A stretch of 60,832 nucleotides of DNA, filler included, from Asterionella formosa (lineage: Eukaryota), in NCBI GenBank assembly GCA_002256025.1. It is 16 parts of 16 records of this genome, joined end to end, with 100 filler letters (N's around TTAATTAATTAA, not from the genome) between each part and the next. Parts side by side here need not be neighbours in the genome. Positions count along the whole stretch, not along the records: positions 45,760 to 49,461 come from NKIB01013965.1; positions 49,562 to 53,257 come from NKIB01013966.1; positions 53,358 to 57,042 come from NKIB01013967.1; positions 57,143 to 60,832 come from NKIB01013968.1; 12 more parts are not named here. The stretch is one strand, 5' to 3'. Shown here one piece after another: positions 46,941 to 57,785 of the stretch (positions are counted from its first letter, which is position 1; every line of letters begins with the position of its first letter). Below the pieces are notes generated by a model, which searched no databases, was not told the origin of the DNA, and saw nothing but the letters and a program-made list of their open reading frames with translations. The position numbers and the translations under genes were made by a program.

Positions 46941-48780
46941 ATGCCACAGGCGACTTTACAAGATACAGTTGCACATGGGAACGCCCCTGCTCAACAGTAT
47001 ACTCCAATTGGTAATGAACATCGAGTGCAAGTAACCCTTGCAGGCCAAGAGTACCGTCCAATTAACGGAGACATCTAGCTTCGTAAGAAGACCGTGATGG
47101 AAACCTGGAAAACAGTGCATGAGAGCTTCCCAGAGTGCAGCTCTCATCGCGAAATCACACAGCAATCTTTGCTTGAAGATTTTCGTCCCCAAATGACGAC
47201 GACTCCAATTGAGCATCAACAACAAACTCAAACTCCTAATATCGGTGAAGATATTTTAATGATGCAAATGAATGTATCCAACGTTGGCATTCAAAATGAA
47301 AGTCTTAAAAGGCTTTCAAACTTTGCTACGAATGAGAAAAATCGTGTTGCTATTGCTGCAACAGGAGGCATTGATGCCATACTATTGGCTATGCAAAGGC
47401 ATGCATCAAATGCAGATGTTCAAGAAAATGGTTGTGGAGCACTTATGAACTTGTCTGTGAATGGCAACAACCAGGCGTTGATTGCTGAAGTAGGAGGCAT
47501 GGATGCCATTATATTCACTATGCAAAGCCATGTGTCCAATGCTTATGTTCAAGCACATGGTTGTGGAGCACTTATGAACTTGGCTATGAATGGCAACAAT
47601 CACGTGGCTATTGCTGCATCAGGAGGCATTGATGCCATTCTATTGGCTATGCAAAGTCATGTATCCAATGCTTATGTTCAAGAAAATGGTTGTGGGGCAC
47701 TCATTAATTTGGCTACAAATGAAAACAACCAGGCGTTGATTGCTGCAGCAGGAGGCATGGATGCGATTCTATTGGCTATGCAAAGCCATGTGTCCAATGC
47801 TTATGTTCAAGAAAATGGTTGTGGAGTGCTTCGGAATATGGCTAAGAATGGTAACAACCGGGTGTTGATTTCTGGAGCAGGATGCATTGATGCCATTCTA
47901 TTGGCAATGCAAAGTCATGTATCCAATGCTTTTATTCAAGAAAATGGTTGTGTAGCGCTTTGGAACTTGGCTGAGAATGACAAGAACAATTTTCTGATTG
48001 CTGCAGCAGGAGGTATTGATGCCATTATATTGGCAATGCAAAGTCATGTTTCAACTGCTGATGTTCAAGAAAATGGTTGTGTAGCACTCATTAACTTGGC
48101 TAATAATGCGAACAATCAAGTGGCAATCGCTGCAGCTGGAGGCATTGATGCCATACTATTAGCTATGCAAAGTCATGTGTCAAGTGGTGATGTTCAAAAG
48201 TATGGTTGTGGAGCACTTTTGAACTTGTCTGTGAATGGCAACAACAAGGTGGCGATTGCTGCAGCAGGAGGTATTGATGCCATTCTATTGGCTATGCGTA
48301 GCCATGTGTCCAATGCTGATGTGCAAAAATATGGTTGTGGAGCATTTCTGAACTTGGGTGAGAATGGCAACAACAGGGTGGTGATTGCTACAGCAGGTGG
48401 CATCGGTGCCATTCTAGCTATTGGCTATGCAAAGTCATGTGTCAAATGCTGATGTTCAAAAATATGGTTGTGGTGCACTTGGAAACTTGGCCATTAATGA
48501 CAACAACAATTTTCTGATTGCTGCAGCAGGAGGCATTGATACCATTCTATTGGCTATGCAAAGGCATGTGTCAAATGCTTATGTTCAATCATATGGCTGT
48601 GGGGCACTACGAAACTTGGCTGTAAATTACAAAAACAAAGGGGCTATTGTTGCAGCAGGTGGAATCAATAGGGTTCTGATGGCTATGCGCAATCATGTGT
48701 TTAATCCTTTCATTCTAATATTTGGTCTCGGAGCACTTTGGAAATTGACTTTGAGCGACCGCAACAAGGGTTGCTATTGA
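46941..48780 (+). pseudogene. Armadillo (ARM) repeat protein gene, about 12 repeats of 42 aa (126 bp), disrupted
   Basis: Repeat IAAAGGIDAILLAMQSHVSNA.VQENGCGAL.NLA.N..N. The upstream ATG at 46941 is in frame but blocked by TAG at 47076; a 4-nt insertion at 48417-48420 shifts the frame. Confidence 0.85.
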
Positions 48781-49235
48781 TGCAGAGGAGATGACAACAT
48801 TTCCCATGTATCTTTTGGTAAGGCAAGCCATACATCAAATCCTTAGTTCTCGTTCTGACTCTCATTGATATGACTTCCCCACCTAGTTTTCCTCTTTGCA
48901 GATGCATGCATCTGATGCTCTGTTGTTAATAAGAAACTGCTCCTGAAGTCTGATTCACACTCCGTCTCAATATCACAAACATTAGTTTTCACAATTGAAG
49001 AATACGAATGTAATCTTTCTAAATTGTTTTGTAAATATTATTTATGAGCAAATCGAACATGACTTGCACGAGACTAGAAATTATTGATCAGCAACCCTTC
49101 TTTTCATATTTTCCCCCTCTTGATTATTGAAACAAAATTGAAGTAGTGCACGGTACTAGAAAAAACAACCTCAAATTGGCTATAACTTGTGAGATGAAAG
49201 GATCAATATTTTCAATGATTAGCCCCTGCCTTACC

Positions 49236-49461
49236 CTACAATTCATCTTCCTCTGAATCAGAATTACTTACATCAATTCCTATTTCGACGTCGAACATAA
49301 TTCGATACCTTTCCATTTCACGACTTGCAAACCTTTGTTCCAATGATATGCAGGACATGTTCATACACGCCACAGCGAAAGCGTCGAATGCATCTGCAGA
49401 ACTATTGTGCTTCAACATGAACTTGTATAGGAATCGGACTTGGTCCTTCGATGCACATTCT
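49236..49461 (-). CDS. 3' end of an unidentified ORF (5' end cut by the contig end)
   Basis: Open frame ECASKDQVRFLYKFMLKH..SDSEEDEL runs to the contig edge; no recognisable motif. Confidence 0.3.
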
Positions 49462-49850
49462 NNNNNNNNNNNNNNNNNNNNNNNNNNNNNNNNNNNNNNN
49501 NNNNNTTAATTAATTAANNNNNNNNNNNNNNNNNNNNNNNNNNNNNNNNNNNNNNNNNNNNATGCCATAGTAATGATGCGGAAAAGTCTTGAAACAAGCT
49601 AATTATTTATATAACTTCAGCTTCTCCTATGTGTTGAAAAAGTCATGCAGGCTCAAAGGGGTAAAACTGATTTGGACCAAAAACCGTCGACAGCCAATTT
49701 TGGGCTACTATAACTAAAGAACTGGTACGAGATTGCAGTGTTCAAGTACGAACAATGCTGTTCCTTATATGCACAGGAAGAACTTTGTCTAATACAGATT
49801 TATAATATTACAAATATTCGTCTCAAACCGTGTGATTACCCCGTTTTGTT

Positions 49851-49904
49851 ATGACTATCAGTACAAAACTGAAAGTTTGTATGACTCTCAGTTTTTAGGT
49901 GGTA
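49851..49904 (-). mobile_element. Third terminus of the TA|CCACCTAAAAACTG family
   Basis: ATGACT(A/C)TCAGT at 49851 and 49881 (30-bp period), then TTTTAGGTGG|TA. Confidence 0.7.
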
Positions 49905-51067
49905 CCGGTAGTACATAATCTTGGTTCATGACGATGGAAGACAGGATGAAACTAGTACCAGTACCGGTGTACCTGGTACCGATACTGATTTTACATGCTG
50001 GTATACAGTATATCCAATACTTGTGGCTCAAGTGTGGCTGGCGTGTTTTTACAAGACCGGAATACTTCAGCCAATCTGGAGCAGGTGAGTAAATTCAATT
50101 CAACCAATCAGAATATGTGTTGTGACGCGGTAACATGACCTGGAGTCTTGTCGGACTGAGAATTATTCAGCAAAACATACCTACGCAAGACAGTAAGTCT
50201 ATGAGAACGTTTTGCAAATACAAATTCCGATTCCAATATTTTGGCGAATGTTGAAAAAGCCGATTGGGTCGACTTTTTGGAGGAGGATTGCTCTACATCT
50301 GCGGGGTTTCATCAAGATTAAAGTAGATAGCCGTGTACCCTATAATGTCACGTGTACCCTATAATGTCAGGAGTTAACTTCTGAAGAGAAACTGCAGTTA
50401 TGTACCTAGTTCTCCACTAGCTAGTTTTCGACAACACTTTAATCTACTTTTAGATTAATCTCTTTCAATGTTGTGATTACTTCAGATTACTTTTTCTATC
50501 AATCTTACCAAATTCTATCAATCCTGCCAGGTATCTTAGATTTTAAAAAAGCTTCGTAGCCCCTTTTTTTGATTATTTTTGCGATAGTTACGATTCTACA
50601 ATACATAACTGCAGTGTCTTTCCAGAAATGAGGTCCTTAGCATATCCGAAGATAGAACATACCCCTAAGTCGACCCATGACTGTATATAAGCATGTGCAA
50701 AGTGGTCGTACTGGTGAAAGCTAAAGTTACCTTCAACTATTTTATGTTGTACTTAATGTGTGGATTAAGGTACATCATAAAATTATTTTGGGAAAGTACA
50801 GCCCTTGCAATGTGTAACTGCGGGGCCGCAACCTTAAATTAGAAATATCAAGGAAACACAACAATGACTGGGGTAATAGAGGGGCGGTCCGAAAATAGTA
50901 AGCAAAAGTAAGCCAGTCTTGCTTGCTTGCTTGCGTTGCTTTATTCTCTCCAAACTCAAAATCATTCTCCTTTTCTGGCCGAAGTGATGAAAACAACTTA
51001 TCTTAGGGTAGGTCTCAACAGAGATACAAAAATTTTTAAAAGGTTGCTTCACCCAATTTTTTGTTGC

Positions 51068-51915
51068 TCAGGGCCAATCTTAACAGATATACAAATTATT
51101 TTTTGATGTATCTTCAGAAAAAAATGAATCTTAACAGAGATACATTTCACAAAATATCTCTGTAACGGCAAAACAATTCGCTGTTTTCTTTATGTCTCTG
51201 CAAACATGTGCATCAGACTCGAAAAACAGCAAAAATATTGGCAATTTGCGCCTCAATAATAAAACCTGTCAGACCATCATCATAACTGAAACGACAATGA
51301 CAAATCGACTGGAAGAACGTGACAGTTGGATTGTCATTGACAATCTGGATTTAGAACAGGAAATTGAAGCAGAACAACAGAGTTTTCTGGTTCTTGCAGC
51401 AGTTGCATTATAATTTTTGGAGTCCTATGAACAAAACTCGAAGCCAGTGTGAATTCCAAATGGGTGCATAAACAAATTGACTGGAATGAGCATGTCACAA
51501 AGCTTCTTCATGAGAATAGATTTCATTGTGAATATCGCATGTCCCTTCAAGCTTTCAATCACCTACTGGAACTACTTCGACCTTCCATCACACTTGATGT
51601 TGTCAAATCCAGTCCAGGTGCCGGTTGATACAGCACAAATCGGCATATTAATCCCAAGGTGATCCTTGACATTGGCCTTTGCTGGCTTGCAGGCGGAAAA
51701 CTCATAGACATTTTGTCAAGTCTAGCTAGTATGGAGTTTCTTATCCATCTGTGTATGCAATCACTAAAACATTCCTTGATGCTGTGAACTCTTGCAGAGC
51801 GCTATCTACTTAATTTCCAGCAATAAACAAGGAGAAACAATCAGTGATGGATGGATTTCTTGAAAAAATCGAGCAGCAACTATTTTTTGGATGCATTGGT
51901 GCTATAGATGGGTAA
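51068..51915 (+). pseudogene. Degenerate HARBI1-like (PIF/Harbinger) transposase (from 51297) with upstream TIR
   Basis: DWNEHVTKLLHENRFHCEYRMSLQAFNHLLELL, IGLCWLAGG..IDI, FFGCIGAIDG; stops and frameshifts; TIR at 51071. Confidence 0.82.
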
Positions 51916-53869
51916 TTCTTTTCATCACTTGTAAACGACTTGCGCAATGGCATCATTTGAATCTTCAGACAATGAAACTTCTTATGCTGCAGCAAGGAAA
52001 CAGGATGACCAATGGGTTGCAAGTATCACTCCTGCTGGTGCTGATTATTTCATTGACAACTAAGGGTGTTTGACTTGTATACAAGGTACCAGATACTTAC
52101 TGGTAAGCAAAAAATTTTGAAATCTCATCACCATCATGCTTCCATCATCCCATCTCACAATGACTCCATTTTGCGGCGTCTATACAAGCAATTTAATCTA
52201 GGCTGATTAAAAACTTGTTTCACATCTTTTGCTTTACTTAATCATGTTATTGTTTAGTCGCCTTTATAGTGTCTAATCTGCTGATAGCATAATCGCTTTG
52301 AACTGTGAATCGATAAATTAATCATTAAAAATGCGCTAGTGGCTATGTTAGAGTTATTACAACTTCTCTTTTACGATTGTATTTACTTTATCATGCTCAA
52401 TAGAGTATATACCCAATAGCAAAGCGTCGTTTTTCATTTTTCACAAAGTCATAAACCATGTGTATTGTGTAAATCTCTACAGTGACTGTAAGAACAAGTA
52501 CTATATATGGTCTGTGTAGAAGAGCCTAGTGGTTGACATTATTTTGGACTTATACCATCAAATATAGTGTATCTAGCAAGGAAAATACTGTACCAAAGGT
52601 CAATATTTGTAAGATCCATCAAACAAAGAGGATGTTTTTAATTTGCAGATTGTAGATGGGTGAAGATGATGAGGGAAGGAGACTGAATGGTGCTGAAAGT
52701 AGGCACCAGACAGGTTGAAATTTCCAACTTCCAATAATTTTGATTATACTACTAGTATGGTATGAGAAGTATTGAAGGAGCAGCAACCTTGATAGGAATT
52801 TCAACCAGAAAATCTTAATATTATGTATTTACAGGAAATATTACTGGTACAATCTTCATGGTACAGAAAAAGATACATTTTAAACTAATAGGTAGACAGT
52901 AACATTATACCTCTATCAAAGTATACTGTCATTGTTGATGCAGTACTTTCGTTTGACAACTGAAAAACTAAATGTTTGTTTAAGTGAGCTAGGAAAACAT
53001 GCACATGGCCAAGAAAACACATCAAGATTTCCAATATCAAAATTGATGAGCATTGCGAAAAGGCCTGAAAATAAAATACTACGTGTAAAAATTGAGGTTC
53101 CACATGAAATACCTCACTTTCCATTGATTGTTTTTCCATTGATGGCAGATGATGTCTATGAGAGCTGCTCTCCATCAGGGGCATTTTCACGAGACGGAAT
53201 GGTCGTCGAGACGACACCTGCATCAATAGTTTTGCTAATGTGCTTGGTGTGTTTTCGNNNNNNNNNNNNNNNNNNNNNNNNNNNNNNNNNNNNNNNNNNN
53301 NTTAATTAATTAANNNNNNNNNNNNNNNNNNNNNNNNNNNNNNNNNNNNNNNNNNNNTTATGTATTGCGAAAATTTTCTTTTCTTTTAATGTGCTTTACT
53401 ACGACGTATCTTTTCATGAAGCAGCAGGCATTGTTTGTTAACATGACAGAACGATTTCAAAAATATATATGCCATGCATATAGTAATAAAATTTGTAAAT
53501 ATATATATATATATTAAGTGTTATACATTTATAAAATTCAAACGCGCTCTCGGTATGGAACATCTGATATGGTTGAGATGATCATACTCGCATATACATA
53601 ATTCAAAAATACTCAATGCACTATATTTCCATTGTTTTCCACGACTACGTGAACCGGAATTGTTTCTGAAATTTGTTTGCATCGATATTTTCTACGTCCG
53701 TTGAAACTAATTATTTAGACCGTTCAATTGCCGCAAGGGTTTTGGTAGCAAATTGTTTAAGCCCCTTTTTTGGTTGGGAGCTCTTCATGTGTACCAGTAC
53801 ATCATATGACAATAACAATATATCATATATATATACAGAGTACCAGTAGCAGGTAGTAAGTGATATACT

Positions 53870-54295
53870 GGGGGTAGTCGGAGTAGTAAACTAGCAACAG
53901 AACACCATATGTTCAGGACTGTTGGTACTGCAGTCATCATAGTTTTAGGATCGAATGATCATAAAACTAAAAACCAAAAGAACACCATATGTTCATGATT
54001 GTTGCAATCACAGTGGGACAGTAAATCATCATAGTTTTAGGATCATATGATCGTAAAACTAAAAACAAATAGAACACCATATGTTCATGACTGTTGCAAT
54101 TACAGTGGGACAGTAAATCATCATAGTTTTAGGATTGTATGATCGTGAAACTGAAAAGCGGTACCGGTAGTCAGAGTAATAAGCAAGCAATAGAACACCA
54201 TAGTAAATCGTCATAGTTTTAGGATTGTATAAATAGAACACCATATGTCTATGACTGCTGCTACTACAGCGGGACAGTACCGGTAAATGAATTTA
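53870..54295 (+). repeat. Irregular tandem repeat (about 5 units) directly upstream of PGRL1 copy B
   Basis: AGAACACCATA at 53899, 53979, 54071, 54192 and 54235; ATC(A/G)TCATAGTTTTAGGAT in most units. Confidence 0.9.
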
Positions 54296-54356
54296 AGATC
54301 ATCAAACTTTAAGGAAGACAACGACAACAGCTGGTCGTGTTGCTGGTCCACTTTTA

Positions 54357-55187
54357 ATGGCCAAAGAAGGAAGCGACAAAAAGATCACCATTACAAGCGG
54401 AACGAGAGAAATCGCTTATGACGCCAAGTCTGGACGATTCTTTGAGACTAACTTGCATGAAGAAGAATGCATTCCTGACAAGGAATACTGTGTCGTCGAT
54501 CCGGAAAGTGGGGAACTCATTCATCTCACAATTGCCGAAAAGGAGCGTATCTTTCTGGACGCGCTTCAGTCCTACTATGCCACTGGAAGGCAAATGCTCA
54601 AGGATGACAAGTTTGACCTATTGAAGGAAGATTTGCAATGGAACGGATCTGACATGGTTGTCATGAAGCGAAAGGAAGCCACATATCTCGCCGCCATGCA
54701 GGCATACTTGAAAGGTGAACCGATGATGCCAGATGCTGAGTTTGACGCATTAAAGACGGAGCTCAAGGAAACTGGATCGAAGTTTGCAGTCTCAACATCT
54801 CCAAAATGCCAGATCGACACTGGAATTTGCACTGTCACATTGAAAGAAGACCTTCCCGCCATTATTGTTCTCACAAGTGTTTGGATTGGTATTAGTTTCG
54901 AACTCTTGTTGACTGTGTTAAGAATCAACCCGTTGTTCTTCCTCCTCATTGGCACTCCGTTCCTCTACACCGGATCTAAATTTATTACAGAGGAGCTTCT
55001 CTTCCCTGGTAAATTTATTGCTTTCGGGCCTTGCCCCAGCTGTGAAGTTGAGAACTGTGTCTACTTTGGAAAGATCTTGGGTGTGGAGGGTTTCACTGAC
55101 ATTGCTAAAGTCAAGTGTCCTAGCTGCAAAACTGAATTCATAGGCCAACGTAAGACATTGCGTGCTTCGACCATTCCGAAAGCATAA
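54357..55187 (+). pseudogene. PGRL1: PGR5-like protein 1 copy B: no signal peptide and an 8-codon in-frame deletion
   Basis: Near-identical to copy A but lacks QFRSNLLY (24 nt, ACC microhomology). The upstream in-frame KTTTTAGRVAGPLL looks like a transit-peptide remnant and is preceded by TAA (54294) and the tandem repeat. Confidence 0.8.
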
Positions 55188-55890
55188 AAAGTCGCACACA
55201 ATGAACTCTAGCCACAAGGAGTATATAAACCGAGATAGGCATGGAAGTATGTTTCTTGGTTTTGCAACTTTTCATCCATTTCTACTTCTGAAGTGTTGTC
55301 AGCCACGTTTCCGCCGATATTTTCATTCATCGCATGAATTTGTTCATCAAATGAATGAGAATCACTGAGTTCTTCTTCATTATCAGCGATTTCGGGAGAA
55401 TGAGGAGCAAAATAAGACACTGGATGGTGGAACTGTGACTCTGTACGAATAGAGTCTTCATCCACGAAGACCAACTGTTTGGGTTTTCTCGTCGAAAGCA
55501 ATCTTTCCTTCTTTTCAATCTCAGCCACTATTGTATCGGCATACTTGCTTCATTATTATTTTTTCTGGACTATTATGAATCTGTTCAAATTCATTTGATC
55601 TTTGAGTGTATTCAAAGGAATCTTCGATTGATTGATTTCATAAGTTTCTTCATCTTCTTTTCCGAAAACATAAAGTCGTGTAGTGTAAACAATGGAAGTA
55701 AGTCTCGTTTCTTGTTTGACTGATCCTTTCCATGAAATCCGTGAAATGACATTTGGAAAGTTGTCAAAGGGCCAGAAGACTGTGATGTAAAACAGTGGAA
55801 GGGAAACGCGGAGCTTTTTGCGGCGCTTGTGGAGGTGCAACTAGTGTGATGGTAACCGAGTGTAGTAATTGTTGAACAGAGCACAGTGTA

Positions 55891-56026
55891 ATATGCATGT
55901 TCTGCCAGCGTAGTGTTTACACAATACACATGCTGGCATATACCGGTATATAGCTAAAATATGCATGTTCCGCCAGTGTAGTGTTTACACAATACACATG
56001 CTGGCATATACCGGTATATAGCTAAA
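55891..56026 (+). repeat. 68-bp tandem duplication specific to copy B
   Basis: ATATGCATGTTC..GCATATACCGGTATATAGCTAAA occurs twice here and once in copy A. Confidence 0.92.
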
Positions 56027-57785
56027 ACAAGGAAAGACGACACGACAATGAACGTGATGGCTGGTTGTTGAGGATACCGGTATGTGATATGCATCAATCC
56101 ATATCACAAATCATATTATAGTGATGTACATATCAACGCATCCGTATACTTAGATCCTATCCACTGTATAATACTATCATATTAAGTGTTGACTTTAACT
56201 GTATACATTAAACAACAAACACATATATGAATTAACATACTTTATGATTGCTTGAATTATTTTCTATGATGTCTTGGTAACATTTGCGTACATATTTTAT
56301 CGTATTTTATGTCATTGTACTATTTTTACATGATCATATTTTGATCAAAATTATATCATATACATTTTATAAAATTATCATAATTTTATGATCAATGTAT
56401 CATAGCTATGTGATGTACTTTATTCAATATTACGTATCATACTTTGGTGATGTATGCATCGATGTAACCTTATCATGATATCACAGTATCATCTTGTCAA
56501 TCATGATGAGATGATTGGGAAGCAACTGTATTCTGCATCGTGCTACAGGGTATATTATTATATCACGCAATTTAGTAGCGAAGTCACTCCGCCTGTAATG
56601 TACTAAAGTCGACAGTGCACATACCGGGTACCGGTACTCAAATGCTAATCAGGTTTGAGGCAACGGACAGTGGTTCCAACGAGCGAATGATGATAGTACC
56701 ACGGGTACCAATTTTTCCAACGAAAGAACTTGTCTCTCTATTGATGAGGATGACACGGACACGGACACCAACTTTTCCAGGAGCAAACAACAATGAAGAG
56801 ACCCACTTCGTCTGCGTCGCTCTATTGATGGTAACAAAGATGCGGACAAGTTCAACAGTGAATACAAAGAACAACATACCATTGAAAACAAGTCAACAGT
56901 GTGTGCACGCACACGCCAAGCAAGTTTGAGGCAACGGACAATTCCAACAAGCAAATGACGATACAGATATCAAATTCTTCCTACGAGCAAACAACAATGA
57001 AAAGAGCCACTTGCTTTCGCTCTCTTAATGGTATCAAAGATGNNNNNNNNNNNNNNNNNNNNNNNNNNNNNNNNNNNNNNNNNNNNTTAATTAATTAANN
57101 NNNNNNNNNNNNNNNNNNNNNNNNNNNNNNNNNNNNNNNNNNGACCTGTACTATTTGCAGGAAAGCTAGGCAAATTTGTCACTTTCCTCTAACTGATAGG
57201 AGGTAAGTGTGTGATTCCATATGTGTGGCTGGTATAGTACTCTCATTATCATCTAACCTAGTATGTGACAAGAATTGCTTTAACAGTTTCTGGAACCAAG
57301 ACAAGCTGGTCGTCTTTTTGGTCTCATCTGTTGGGTCCTCTTTTGAGGTTCTGTAAACCATTATCAAGAATCATTTGATGCTCTTCTACTGACAAATCCC
57401 ACTTCATATTTTTGTTAACAGTGATTAGTTGCAAAAATGGGATCAATTTTGCTCAAGATGGGCAAAAGTGAAAATCAAATTGCCAAAAAACCTTTTTGGA
57501 ACTTAGTTGCCAATTTTAAAAATTTACTACATATGTCTTATACATGATAGATTGATTGTTTTTTGGATGGCACACTTTAGGGCAATTGAGCCAGAGAAAA
57601 TAATATGAGTTAAAATGCCACCAGAGAAATTTTAAGAATTGCTGCAACTATTTTCAACCAGAGGGAGTACCAGGTATAGAATCCTGTCACTTTGAATAAG
57701 CCATATTTTGTTTAACTACTTCAAAAAATGTTGAAGAATAAATGCATCACAAAACTTGTATGCAGTATTTGGAAGAATATATTTT

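Noticed and set aside
52932..53257. Open frame at the end of contig 14
   Set aside because: No recognisable motif and no clear start; not enough support to call a gene.
53899..54250. Repeats with variable intervening sequence, superficially CRISPR-like
   Set aside because: The intervening parts are homologous to each other, the period is irregular, there are no cas genes and the context is eukaryotic.
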